NCBI GenBank assembly: GCA_050253415.1 | Contig: JBFWJC010000002.1 | Span: forward strand, 256,001 to 320,000 | DNA: 64,000 nucleotides | Source: Pedobacter sp. | GTDB taxonomy: Bacteria > Desulfobacterota > Desulfuromonadia > Desulfuromonadales > Syntrophotaleaceae | Reading direction: 5' to 3' | In this document: one piece after another, positions 17,604 to 27,553 of the stretch | How the letters are laid out: each line of letters opens with the position of its first letter | Numbering within the stretch: the stretch's first letter is position 1 | Translations under genes and position numbers: made by a program | The notes under the pieces: model-generated | Seen by the model: only the letters and a program-made list of their open reading frames with translations | Database searches by the model: none | What the model was told of the DNA's origin: nothing

Positions 17604-18794
17604 TCAGCGGTCACTGAGGTAGCGAACGCCTTTTTCCAGTCCATCCAGGTTTAACTCGAACATGGGAATAATCTCCCGGATTATGCTGATGGTTTCTCCA
17701 TAATCCCACAAAGATGAGGAGATGGGATTGAACCATGCGGCATGGCGGAATGTTGCACTCAACGTCTTCAGCCGTTCGATGCTCGGCTTTTTCTGCCGAT
17801 ATGCCAGTTCGATGGATCCGTTTACCGCCAGCAACTCTTCGGGGGCCATGCTGGCATCGCCTACGAAAATCAGGCGCGTTTCAGGGTCGCGTCGCAGCAG
17901 CTCTTCTATGGGTTCAGGGCTGTGGCGGCGTTGGGGATCGATCCAGACCCGGTCGGTGACTATGTTGTGGAAATAGCGGATGGCAAGGTCCTTGAATTGG
18001 GAGCGGGAGTGATGGAACAGGGCCTGGACCGTCTCCACGTACGGTTCCATGGACCAGCCACCGTTGTCGATAAGCAGCAGGACTTTGAGCCGGTCCAACA
18101 GCCGCCGGTCAAAAACGATTTCGATTTCCCCGGCATTGCGCATGGTCTGGTATATGGTTTTGTCCACGTTCAGCTCATCCATCGGGCCGACCGGCTTGAG
18201 ATGGCGAAGGCGTTTCAAGGCTTCCCCCATCTGGCTGCGCGTCAAGGGGGCGCTGCGGGAATAGTCCCGGTAACGTCGCTCCAACGCCACTTTGCTGGCG
18301 GAATGGGCGCGGGATCGGCCACCGATGCGCAGGCCGCCGGGTCGCGTGCCCGAGTGGCCTACGGGTGACACGCCGCCCGTACCGATCCACTTGCTGCCGC
18401 CGTAATGCACCGCTTTTTGATCCTGCAGACGGTCCAGAAGATATTGCTCCAGCTCTTCGGCGCTGAGCCGGCGCAACTCCTTCTCGGTCAGGCCCAAAGC
18501 TTTGGCGAGATCCTCGGGGATGTTCAGCCAATCCTCCAGAAGCTGACGGGCCACTTCATCCAAGAAAAGTTCTTCCACTGGCACCGCTTCAACCCCGGCG
18601 AACAACTCGGCAAACACCTGATCGTAGGTATCGAAATCCCGCTCGCTCTTCACCAGGATCGCCCGTGCTACGATGTAGAAATCGTGCAGCGAAGCCACCA
18701 GGCCGAGACTCAAGGCTTTTTGCAGTCGCAGAAAGGCCGTGGGCGTTACCGACACCCCCCGTTTGCGCAGGGTATAAAAGAAGGACACGAACAT
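17604..18794 (-). CDS. VWA/CoxE-like partner of MoxR ATPase
   Basis: GG.KWIGTGG.SP.GHSG, LLIDNGGWSM, YFHN, IFVGDASMAP. Confidence 0.85.
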   Translation of the reverse strand: MFVSFFYTLRKRGVSVTPTAFLRLQKALSLGLVASLHDFYIVARAILVKSERDFDTYDQVFAELFAGVEAVPVEELFLDEVARQLLEDWLNIPEDLAKALGLTEKELRRLSAEELEQYLLDRLQDQKAVHYGGSKWIGTGGVSPVGHSGTRPGGLRIGGRSRAHSASKVALERRYRDYSRSAPLTRSQMGEALKRLRHLKPVGPMDELNVDKTIYQTMRNAGEIEIVFDRRLLDRLKVLLLIDNGGWSMEPYVETVQALFHHSRSQFKDLAIRYFHNIVTDRVWIDPQRRHSPEPIEELLRRDPETRLIFVGDASMAPEELLAVNGSIELAYRQKKPSIERLKTLSATFRHAAWFNPISSSLWDYGETISIIREIIPMFELNLDGLEKGVRYLSDR

Positions 18795-18799
18795 CGATC

Positions 18800-19654
18800 T
18801 TACTCCTGTTCGTTGCTGAAAAGCTTTTCCGAAGATGCTTTTTGCAAGTCGTTGCTCTTTTTGAACAGGACTCCGAGATACGGAAGCACTCCATCTCTCA
18901 AAGTTTCGATCCGGAACTCCGGATCGGCCTTAAGCGCGCGTATCCAGTTGAGCAGTTCACGGGTGGCCGGTTTTTTCTCAACTCCTTGTATCTGCCGCAA
19001 CCGGTAAAACGACGTGATGGCGGCATCGGCAAGATCGTTGGTCAGATCCGGAAAATGAACGGTAATAATGCGGCGCATGACCTCCGGTTGCGGAAAGGCG
19101 ATGTGGTGAAAATTGCAGCGCCCCAAAAACGGATCGGAGAGATCCTTCTTGGCGTTGGAGGTAATGACCACCACCGGGCGGAAGCGGGCCGTCACCGTAC
19201 GGTCAATCTCCAGGATATCGAACTGCATCTGGTCAAGCACGTCCAGCATATCGTCCTGAAAATCAGTATCTGCTTTGTCGATTTCATCGATGAGCAACAC
19301 GGTCCTCTGTTCGGCCGTAAAAGCCTGACCAATCTTGCCCATGCGGATGTATTGGGAAATGTCGCTCACATCGCGGCTCGAATCGGCGAAGCGGCTGTCG
19401 TTGAGACGCGTGAGGGTATCGTACTGATAAAGCGCCTCAACCAGCCTCATGCTTGATTTAACGTTCAGGACCACAAGCGGCATCTCGAGGCTCTCGGCGA
19501 TGGCGTGCGCAAGCATGGTCTTGCCGGTGCCCGGCTCCCCCTTGAGGAGCAGCGGCATCTCCAAAGCCATGGAGACATTGACAATCTTGGCCAGTTCGTC
19601 GTCGAGAATGTAGCGGCTGGCTCCTGCAAAACGATGAAAATCCTGTTCTGACAT
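18800..19654 (-). CDS. MoxR-family AAA+ ATPase
   Basis: GEPGTGKT Walker A, LLIDEIDKAD Walker B. Confidence 0.9.
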   Translation of the reverse strand: MSEQDFHRFAGASRYILDDELAKIVNVSMALEMPLLLKGEPGTGKTMLAHAIAESLEMPLVVLNVKSSMRLVEALYQYDTLTRLNDSRFADSSRDVSDISQYIRMGKIGQAFTAEQRTVLLIDEIDKADTDFQDDMLDVLDQMQFDILEIDRTVTARFRPVVVITSNAKKDLSDPFLGRCNFHHIAFPQPEVMRRIITVHFPDLTNDLADAAITSFYRLRQIQGVEKKPATRELLNWIRALKADPEFRIETLRDGVLPYLGVLFKKSNDLQKASSEKLFSNEQE

Positions 19655-19990
19655 GGCATCGGCTCCTTATCGGTGGGGCCAACTCAAGGCTGTTGATCAA
19701 GTGTTGCACTCATGGCTGGCCGCCCCGGAGTTTTTTGCCCCATAAAGTCCGCTCCCCTTGGCTCAGGCTAGCCGCGGGGGCGTTCAGCCAGAGTCAATGA
19801 GCCGGAAACCGGCAGGTAGGACTTATGGAAGTACGATAATTTATTCTAGCAGGAGTTGAGGATAAAAAGACAGGTGGCCATGGCGATGGGGGGAGTTGAA
19901 CAAACAGGCGCTGGTCTTCATGCGGGTGGTCTTTTCGAAGAAAAGAGCCATGAGAGTGGTAAAACTCAGCCACACAGCCTTGACTTCGTT

Positions 19991-21157
19991 TCATTTCATT
20001 TCCACGAAGACTTTGATCTGGGAAGGCTGGATTTCGGTCACCTCGAGGTCCCGTGGCACTAAAATCGAGGACGGGGTAAGAGAAAAGGTTTGCCTTCCGA
20101 ACCGTGTGAGGGTCGCATCGACGGGGATGGTCAGTTTTTCCGGGTCGAAGAGAAACAGATTCCGCCTGGGCCCCGATAGCGTAACCACGACCTCGGCGGG
20201 CACCACCTCGACCAGAGTGAAATCGGCCGGGACGTTTTCTACTGTGACCGGAACCCGACGGACAAGAATGTCAATCTCCGATCCGGGAACCAGGAACAGC
20301 CAGAGGATCACGGCCAGGAACACGGCCAGTAGCCCTTCAAGAGACCCCTTGCCCAAAAATTTAGCCGAGGTCGGCTTTGGCGTCCAGGAATTCCCATGTG
20401 CCTCAAAAAACCCTGCAACCGTCTCTTCCAGGTCCTTTAAGCGGAGGAGCGTGCGCAATATTCCGTTCCGGGCTGCCGATACTTTTCCGGTTTCCTCCGA
20501 TACCACCAGGATCAGGGCATCGGTTTTTTCTGCCAATCCGAGGGCCGCGGCATGACGTGTGCCGCGACCTTGCAACTGGTCTGCATTCTGCGAAAGAGGC
20601 AGATGCACGCCGAAGCGTTTAACCCGGGAACCCTCCACGATGAGGGCTCCATCGTGTCCCGGGGAATTAGGGTCGAAGATACTCAACAGCAAAGGCAGCG
20701 TTAACTGCCCGTTCAGGGGAACGCCTTCAGTGGTGAACCAATCCAGGGAGTCTCCGGCCGGCAGCATTATCAGCGCTCCCCGGCGCTCTTTTGACAAGAT
20801 ACTGAGCCCTTCGCAGAGGATCTCGGGGATGGCCCGGGAGAGTGGGGGCGTTCGCTTGCCGCCCAACCTTCCGGGGAGTCGCTCCAGAAACATGCGGATT
20901 TCGCTTTGGAACACGACGATTACGATGAGAACGATAAGGGCCGCCAGCCCTTGAAGGATCCATTCTGTCAACTTCATCTCAAGTTGCTTAGCAACCAGAA
21001 ACAGGACGCCGAACGCCAGCAGGGCCAGACCGGCGGTCCGCATCCGGCTCCGGCGCAGGGCGTCGATCCCCAGCCATAGCAGGGCGGAGGCCAAGGCAAT
21101 ATCCAGGACATCCTTCCATCCGATTCCTTGCAGCAGACCTAAAAAATGCCAGAACAT
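19991..21157 (-). CDS. Membrane diadenylate cyclase (CdaA-like) fused to a YbbR-like domain
   Basis: Three TM helices, VFQ.EIR, HDGAL, GTRHAAALG, VSEETG; C-terminal TM plus V.V.LSGP. Confidence 0.85.
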   Translation of the reverse strand: MFWHFLGLLQGIGWKDVLDIALASALLWLGIDALRRSRMRTAGLALLAFGVLFLVAKQLEMKLTEWILQGLAALIVLIVIVVFQSEIRMFLERLPGRLGGKRTPPLSRAIPEILCEGLSILSKERRGALIMLPAGDSLDWFTTEGVPLNGQLTLPLLLSIFDPNSPGHDGALIVEGSRVKRFGVHLPLSQNADQLQGRGTRHAAALGLAEKTDALILVVSEETGKVSAARNGILRTLLRLKDLEETVAGFFEAHGNSWTPKPTSAKFLGKGSLEGLLAVFLAVILWLFLVPGSEIDILVRRVPVTVENVPADFTLVEVVPAEVVVTLSGPRRNLFLFDPEKLTIPVDATLTRFGRQTFSLTPSSILVPRDLEVTEIQPSQIKVFVEMK

Positions 21158-21460
21158 CTTATTTTCCTCTCTTGCGTAAAGCCAATTCAACGGGAGGCAT
21201 ATTCGGCAAATCCTCTTGGGAAATCATAGCACGGATTATTCAGCCGCGGATGGTCAAGGGGCGGGCCAAATGAGGCCTCTGAACTTCCGGAGAAACCTTG
21301 ATAAAGGGTGCCCTGCCGTTCTCAATATTCCGATCCTGTCCGAGGGGGTTGCTTCCGGGACCGCGTTTTGAGTCTGCCCGGTGCGTCGGGAAGCAATGGT
21401 GGGCGCGGAGCGATATATCTGGTATTCTATGGGCAAAACTCCCTTGCCCAGGATGATGCG

Positions 21461-22390
21461 ATGACTCCAGTTTCACTACGTCCGATCCCTGTTCGCGCAT
21501 TTCTGCCGGCCGGGGCCGTTTTCATGTTCTTTTCGCTTCTGCCGCTGGGCGTTTTAACTGCCGGTCCGGTATCGTTAGGCGGCGCGATGGTTGCGCGCTT
21601 TCTTATCCCTGCTTCTGCCCTGATTTTCATCGCTATTCTCTCGCTGGCCTGTGCCGTCTTCACCTTGTACCAGGAACCAATGTTCCTTCGTTTTCCCGGC
21701 ATTCGGCGGATCATGGTGCTGGGATCCCTGAGCCTGGGGGCCGGCCTCTTTCTGCTTCTGCGTCATACGGAAATGTATCGGGATGTGTTTTTTATCCTGG
21801 CTTCGGCCAACCTGGTCCTTTTTGCCTTGCTCCTTGGCAACTTCCTGGTTGCCGGGCTCAGCAGGCCTTCAGAACTTGTCCCGGTGTGCATCGTGATGTC
21901 GGTAACGGATCTGCTGAGCGTTTTGGCAGGCCCAAGCAAACAGATGATCGAAGGGATAGACGTTTTTTATCGTAATGGACGAAAGGGTCCCGTGCCCTTG
22001 GCCGATTTTCTGCTGGTCAAAATTGCGGTGCCCGGCGTCGACCATCTTTTGCCGGTTTTTGGGGTGGCTGACGTCGTTATTCTGGCTTTTTTGATCGCCG
22101 CGGCCCATAAATTCCAACTTGACGATAATCTTCTGGGGCGCGGATTTTGGGAAAAAAAAGGTTGTCGACGCCTGCCATTGTGGTTCCCGGCGGCGGGGGC
22201 GGGGCTTGCTTTTGCCCTGCTTGCGGCGCATGGTTTAGGCATATTCCTTCCTGCGCTGCCGTTGGTAGCCGTGTTCTTCCTCGGCTACACCCTTCCTCGC
22301 CATCCGAAGATGCGGCTGCTCCGGAGGACCGAATGGGCGGTAGTACTTATCAGCCTCGCGTTCCTGTCCGGCTGGGCGATTTGGGCATGA
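21461..22390 (+). CDS. Polytopic membrane protein (weak GxGD-peptidase-like motifs)
   Basis: Multiple TM segments; D..SV..GP, FGVAD, LPALP; start uncertain. Confidence 0.65.
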   Translation: MTPVSLRPIPVRAFLPAGAVFMFFSLLPLGVLTAGPVSLGGAMVARFLIPASALIFIAILSLACAVFTLYQEPMFLRFPGIRRIMVLGSLSLGAGLFLLLRHTEMYRDVFFILASANLVLFALLLGNFLVAGLSRPSELVPVCIVMSVTDLLSVLAGPSKQMIEGIDVFYRNGRKGPVPLADFLLVKIAVPGVDHLLPVFGVADVVILAFLIAAAHKFQLDDNLLGRGFWEKKGCRRLPLWFPAAGAGLAFALLAAHGLGIFLPALPLVAVFFLGYTLPRHPKMRLLRRTEWAVVLISLAFLSGWAIWA

Positions 22391-22496
22391 CGGGATTGCA
22401 CAGGGCCTCTGTGAAACTCTTCTGTTGTGTCAGATTGTCTGATTTATACTTATTATTAAAAAAATGAACTGTATCAAATTTAGTCCGAAGGAGGAG

Positions 22497-22546
22497 GCGC
22501 GTCTACGCTTTCTACAAAATGAATTGTGCAGACGCGACCCCTTTTT
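22497..22546. repeat. REP-like palindrome GCGTCT..AGACGCGACCCC
   Basis: Related to 24420-24473. Confidence 0.5.
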
Positions 22547-22552
22547 ATCTCT

Positions 22553-22668
22553 CTATTATTGTGGTCAGCCTGATAACCACTAAACCGGATGAACATACCC
22601 TGAAAAAATTCGATGAAGCCAGGCAGCTCGTCATAAACAGGTAAAAATTGGGGCGGGCATGCCCTGAC
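22553..22668 (+). repeat. Orphan duplicate of the putP 3' end
   Basis: Four differences from 17185-17301. Confidence 0.95.
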
Positions 22669-23468
22669 TAACCCTTGCGTTGCCGCGCATACTTTCCGGG
22701 TGGTGCTCCCATAATCCGGCGGAACATTCCGACAAAGGCACTCAGGCTCTGGTAACCCAGGTCGTAGGCGATGCGGGTGACCTGCTGTCCCTGGTCAAGT
22801 CGTTTGATCGCCTCCTGCAAAAGCAATCGCTTGCGCCATGCGCCGAAAGTCAGACCGGTTTCGGTTACGAAAAGTCGCGCCAGGGTCCGTCCGCTGGCTC
22901 CGGCAACAACTCCCCACTGCTCAAGATCACGTTTATCCGCCGGGTTCTCCAGTAAAGCTTCCATGACCCGCAGCAGCCTCCGGTCCTGTGCCATCGGCAG
23001 ATGAAGCGGAGTGACAGGCGCCTGTCGCAGTTCATCCAGAACGACCTGCATGAGGCGCCATCCCGCACTTTCCGGTTCGTAGTCCTCCCCGACCCCCACG
23101 GCCTTCAAGATCAATTCCCGCAGCAGGGGGGATACTTTCAGCACGGCGCATTGTTGCGGCATGCCTACGGTTGCCGTTGGATCGACAAACAGGTTGCGCA
23201 GTGCCACCTCGCCGGGAAAATACACTTCATGGGCCTGATGCGGCGGAAGCCAGACCGCCTGGGAAGGGGGAACCACCCAGATATCCCCTGCACAGATCAC
23301 CCGCATCACGCCGCTGCTGGCGTAGACCAGCTGCCCGCGCGGATGGGCGTGGGAGGCGGCACAGCCGGCTTCGCGCACCTGCATGGCCAAGGGAATGATC
23401 GGCAGATTGGTGTCCAGGCGGTAGCCCAGTTCCACGGGCGGCAGTTTTGTCAGTTTTGAGATATCCAT
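22668..23468 (-). CDS. AraC-family regulator (NimR-like)
   Basis: Cupin HAHPRGQL; HTH RTLARLF..ETG, LGY.S.SAF..MFRR. Confidence 0.9.
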   Translation of the reverse strand: MDISKLTKLPPVELGYRLDTNLPIIPLAMQVREAGCAASHAHPRGQLVYASSGVMRVICAGDIWVVPPSQAVWLPPHQAHEVYFPGEVALRNLFVDPTATVGMPQQCAVLKVSPLLRELILKAVGVGEDYEPESAGWRLMQVVLDELRQAPVTPLHLPMAQDRRLLRVMEALLENPADKRDLEQWGVVAGASGRTLARLFVTETGLTFGAWRKRLLLQEAIKRLDQGQQVTRIAYDLGYQSLSAFVGMFRRIMGAPPGKYARQRKG

Positions 23469-23560
23469 TGTCTTACTATAGGAAGATTGCCACGCTTGGA
23501 CAAGTTATAGTTGGCTTCATTTAGACTTGGTACGGTGAGTTGGAGTAAAGGAGTGACGCT

Positions 23561-24325
23561 ATGAGTAACGACCATCGGGCAGGAATCATTGACCAGTTTT
23601 CCAGGCAGGCAATCCCTTTTACCCGGGTGCCGGGACATCTCGATGCTATTGGGTTGTTGATGGAGATGGCACAGGTGACCGGCACCGACAGCGTGCTGGA
23701 TGTTGCCTGCGGCCCGGGCCTGGTGGCCTGCGAGTTCGCCAAGCAGGCCGATCATGTCACCGGTATCGACATTACCCCGGCCATGATCGAGCAGGCCCGT
23801 AACCTGCAACGAGAAAAGAGCCTTGCCAACCTGACCTGGACCGTTGGCGATGCCTTGCCGCTGCCTTGGCCAGACAACAGCTTTTCCTTGGTCATCACCC
23901 GCTACAGCTTTCACCATTTTTTGCAGCCGGCAGCGGTTATCGCGGAGATGGTCCGGGTCTGTATGCCGGGGGGCAGGGTGCTGGTTGCCGATGTGGCGGT
24001 GGAAGCCGACAAGTCGGAGGCCTATGACCGGATGGAGCGTATGCGCGATCCTTCCCATACCCATGCCCTCACCGAGGAGGAGTTTGACGCGCTGTTTCAG
24101 CAGGCGGGACTGCGGGATTGCCGCCGAACCTCGTATGGCGTTGAGATCGAGCTGGAGTCCCAGTTGCGGGCCTCCTTTCCTCGATCGGGCGACAAACAGA
24201 ACCTGCGCCGGATGATCACTGCAGATATCGGTTTGAACAGGCTGGGAATAAAGCCGTGCAGGGAGAACGGCATGGTGGTCTATACCGTACCGATAGCGGT
24301 TTTGGTGGGCACAAAGGAAGATTAG
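23561..24325 (+). CDS. Class I SAM-dependent methyltransferase
   Basis: VLDVACGPG, GDA..LP, RYSFHH. Confidence 0.9.
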   Translation: MSNDHRAGIIDQFSRQAIPFTRVPGHLDAIGLLMEMAQVTGTDSVLDVACGPGLVACEFAKQADHVTGIDITPAMIEQARNLQREKSLANLTWTVGDALPLPWPDNSFSLVITRYSFHHFLQPAAVIAEMVRVCMPGGRVLVADVAVEADKSEAYDRMERMRDPSHTHALTEEEFDALFQQAGLRDCRRTSYGVEIELESQLRASFPRSGDKQNLRRMITADIGLNRLGIKPCRENGMVVYTVPIAVLVGTKED

Positions 24326-24419
24326 TGCGTTTAGGTAATGCGATGGATGCAAACAATGTTCGGAATTCCAGAGAGACCTTACGCATTGCCCAAAAGAAAG
24401 TAGCATCTATCAGCTTCTT

Positions 24420-24473
24420 GGGTCCGCGCCTCAACTTCTGACAAGGTTAAAGTTGAGACGCGGACCCTTTTTT
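24420..24473. repeat. REP-like palindrome or terminator
   Basis: GGGTCCGCGCCTCAACTT..AAGTTGAGACGCGGACCC-TTTTT. Confidence 0.65.
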
Positions 24474-24524
24474 TACTCATGGTAAAATAGGTTGTAACCG
24501 CACTATCGGAAAGGAGTGGCAGGG

Positions 24525-24782
24525 ATGCAACCGGTTCAGGATCTGCTCCATCGCATTCAATGGGACAAGGTTTTTGCCGATGCGGTTTTCGAGATCGGGT
24601 ATTACGACCGTATCGAAGACCGGATTATTCTGGTCCCCTTTTCGGCGCTTCACTTCCCCAAGGACGATCATTTTGCTTTTGAATTCTACGATAGCAGCGG
24701 TGGCGTTCGTAGCGTGCCGTTCCATAGGGTTCGGGAGGTTTATCGGGATGGGCAGTGTATCTGGAGGCGGGTTCACAATTAG
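24525..24782 (+). CDS. DUF504-family protein
   Basis: M.P..DLL.RI.WD, GYYDR, VPFHRV. Confidence 0.75.
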   Translation: MQPVQDLLHRIQWDKVFADAVFEIGYYDRIEDRIILVPFSALHFPKDDHFAFEFYDSSGGVRSVPFHRVREVYRDGQCIWRRVHN

Positions 24783-24901
24783 ATAAAGCGAGTCATGTTG
24801 CCCTCTGGCAGCTTGGTTTCCTTGCGTATTTCCGAGATTAAATATTGCATGGCAAGAGCGGCCCTCCCCGATCGGGGAGGGCCGCTTGTGATCAGGCCGC
24901 A

Positions 24902-26380
24902 TCAGGTCCCGCAGAAGGTTTTATAGGGTTGATCGGAAGGAGCGGGCGGCTGGCGATACTCCGCATATTCGGGTTGGTCGTCGTAGGGCCGGGACAGGAC
25001 CTCAAGCAGCCGCTCCAGCACTGAGAAATCGTCTCGCTCCTGCGCGGCGGCCAACGCCTCTTCGACCCGATGGTTGCGCGGGATAAAAGCCGGGTTGTGG
25101 GCGCGCATGCGTTCGCGGGAGGTTTCCACGGATTCCTCCTGCCGTGTCAGGCGGGCCTGCCAGCGTTGGTGCCATGCGGTGAAGTTCGGATCGCGGAAGA
25201 CCGGTGTGTCCGGCAGGGTTTCCAGCGTCAGGTCGCGCAGGGTGTTGGTGTAGTCCGCTTGATTCTGTAAAATGCAGGTCAACAGATCCTGCATCAAAGA
25301 CATGTCATCGTCTTCTTCGCTGAAGAGTCCGAGTTTGGCCCGCATGCCGGTCAGTCTGAAGTGCCGGAATACATCGGGGAACGTACTCAGGCTCTGGTTG
25401 GCCAATTCAACGGCTTTTTCCTCTTCATCGTGCAGCAGCGGCAGCAGGGTTTCGGCGAGACGGGTCAGGTTCCACTGCACCATGGAAGGTTGTCTGCCAA
25501 AGGCATAACGACCTCCCTGGTCGATGGAGCTGAATACGGTGGCCGGATCGTAGCTGTCCATGAACGCGCAAGGGCCGTAATCGATGCTTTCACCGCACAG
25601 GGCCATGTTGTCGGTGTTCATCACGCCGTGGATAAAACCGACATGCAGCCACTGGACGACCAGCGACACCTGCCGCTCCAGCACCGCCTGCAAGAGGGCC
25701 AGAAAAGGATTGTCGGCTTGCAGCAGCTCAGGAAAATGGCGGCGGATAGTGTACTCGGCCAGTGTTCGGATCCCCTCCAGGTTTCTTTGGGCCGCGAGGT
25801 ATTCGAAGGTGCCGACGCGGATGTGGCTGGCTGCCACCCGCGTGAGGATTGCGCCGGGCAGCGGTGTTTCGCGGTACACCGGTTCGCCGCTGGTCACCAC
25901 CGCGAGGCTGCGGGTGGTAGGAATGCCCAGCGCATGCATCGCTTCGCTGATGATGTACTCCCGCAGCATGGGGCCGAGGACTGCGCGTCCGTCGCCTCCA
26001 CGGGAAAACGGCGTCTGACCGGAGCCTTTAAGCTGGATGTCAAACCGTTCACCCGTCGGCGTGAGGTGCTCGCCCAGCAGGTGGGCCCGGCCATCGCCGA
26101 GCATGGTGAAATGCCCGAACTGATGCCCTGCATAGGCCTGGCAGATCGGTTGCGCACCTTCGGGGATACGGTTGCCTGAGAAGATAGCCACGCCCGCGTC
26201 TCCTGCCAGAGCGTTGCTGTTTAAACCCAGAGTCTCGGCGAGGGAACGGTTGAAAATCGCCATCCGTGGCGCACGCACCGGGGTGGGATCCAGACGGGAG
26301 TACAGGTAATCCGGCAGGCGGGCATAACTGTTATCAAAATTCCAGCCCAGGCTGGTTGTATTATTGTCAGTGGTTGTCAT
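24902..26380 (-). CDS. selO: Protein adenylyltransferase SelO/YdiU
   Basis: [42 protein letters not shown]. Confidence 0.95.
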   Translation of the reverse strand: MTTTDNNTTSLGWNFDNSYARLPDYLYSRLDPTPVRAPRMAIFNRSLAETLGLNSNALAGDAGVAIFSGNRIPEGAQPICQAYAGHQFGHFTMLGDGRAHLLGEHLTPTGERFDIQLKGSGQTPFSRGGDGRAVLGPMLREYIISEAMHALGIPTTRSLAVVTSGEPVYRETPLPGAILTRVAASHIRVGTFEYLAAQRNLEGIRTLAEYTIRRHFPELLQADNPFLALLQAVLERQVSLVVQWLHVGFIHGVMNTDNMALCGESIDYGPCAFMDSYDPATVFSSIDQGGRYAFGRQPSMVQWNLTRLAETLLPLLHDEEEKAVELANQSLSTFPDVFRHFRLTGMRAKLGLFSEEDDDMSLMQDLLTCILQNQADYTNTLRDLTLETLPDTPVFRDPNFTAWHQRWQARLTRQEESVETSRERMRAHNPAFIPRNHRVEEALAAAQERDDFSVLERLLEVLSRPYDDQPEYAEYRQPPAPSDQPYKTFCGT

Positions 26381-26688
26381 AGGCCTCCTGAAGGGTAAGG
26401 GGAGGTGTTCCCGTTCCTGTTTTCCAGCTTGGCCCGGAGTTGTCAGGGCGGCGGATGTGGCGGCTGGAAGTCGAATTTCGTTGCGGGTAAGCACGTTTCA
26501 TTGTTTATGGATAAAGTCTATAGTATGGGATCGGATTTAGGCAAGTTCTGCAGGGAGCATGCGGACCTTGGCATTGCCGGGATGGGAACTTTGTCTCTGC
26601 GACACTCTGATGTTGTGCTCTCTGGCCGGATTTGCTACCATCGTCCCGAACCATTAATTACGTCAAATACATTGATACGGAGGGATTC

Positions 26689-27393
26689 ATGTTGGAAGAT
26701 CAAGCGGTTCACGCCAGAGAGTCTGTCGCCGTTGCGCAGACGGATGCTTTTTTCCCCAAGGTTTACAACTGGATGACAGCAGGGCTCGGGCTATCGGCCG
26801 TGGTTGCGCTGCTGACCGTTTCGAGTCAGGCCATGATGCAGTTGGTTTTCGGCAACCGGCTGGTATTTTTCGGGCTGATCATCGCCGAACTGCTGCTGGT
26901 GGTGACTCTCTCCGGGGCCATTCAGCGTCTCAGCGCAGCGGCCGCAACCGGCTTTTTCCTTGCCTACTCCGCACTCAGCGGGGTGACGCTGGCAGCCATC
27001 TTTGTTCTTTACACGCAGAGCTCCATCGCCAGCACCTTCTTTGTGACGGCCGGAACGTTTGGCGCCATGAGCGTCTACGGGCATGTCACGCGCCGGGATC
27101 TGACCTCCTGGGGCAGTTTCCTGTTCATGGGGCTGATCGGTTTTCTGCTGGCGTCGGTGGTCAACATGTTTCTGCATAGCGAGATGATCTACTGGATCAG
27201 TACCTATTGCGGCATTCTGATCTTTGTCGGGTTGACCGCCTACGACACCCAGAAACTCAAGGTTCTGGCCATGGGCGGATTTGCCAACAGCGAAGATCGT
27301 CACAAAGCGGCCATCCTCGGCGCGCTGCGTCTTTACCTCGATTTCATTAATCTTTTTCTGTTGCTGCTGCGGGTGCTCGGACGGCGTCGGTAA
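26689..27393 (+). CDS. Bax inhibitor-1/YccA family membrane protein
   Basis: KVY.WM..GL, TAYDTQK, AL.LYLDFINLF. Confidence 0.92.
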   Translation: MLEDQAVHARESVAVAQTDAFFPKVYNWMTAGLGLSAVVALLTVSSQAMMQLVFGNRLVFFGLIIAELLLVVTLSGAIQRLSAAAATGFFLAYSALSGVTLAAIFVLYTQSSIASTFFVTAGTFGAMSVYGHVTRRDLTSWGSFLFMGLIGFLLASVVNMFLHSEMIYWISTYCGILIFVGLTAYDTQKLKVLAMGGFANSEDRHKAAILGALRLYLDFINLFLLLLRVLGRRR

Positions 27394-27426
27394 GCGGGCG
27401 GCAGGGATCCTTCTGCCGGTTGATAC

Positions 27427-27462
27427 AAAAGGGGCGGCCACGGTGTGGTCGCCCCTTTTTTT
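27427..27462 (+). terminator. Intrinsic terminator
   Basis: AAAAGGGGCGGCCAC..GTGGTCGCCCCTTTTTTT. Confidence 0.75.
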
Positions 27463-27553
27463 AGTGCAGGGTGGTGGGGCTGTGCTGGTTCGCTGCGGGT
27501 AACTCTGCACGGATACCCTTGAGCATGATTGAGCAAAGCCTCTGTGGAGAATC

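Noticed and set aside
24902..26380. Selenocysteine in SelO
   Set aside because: The C-terminus is the ordinary Cys form TFCGT followed by a terminator.
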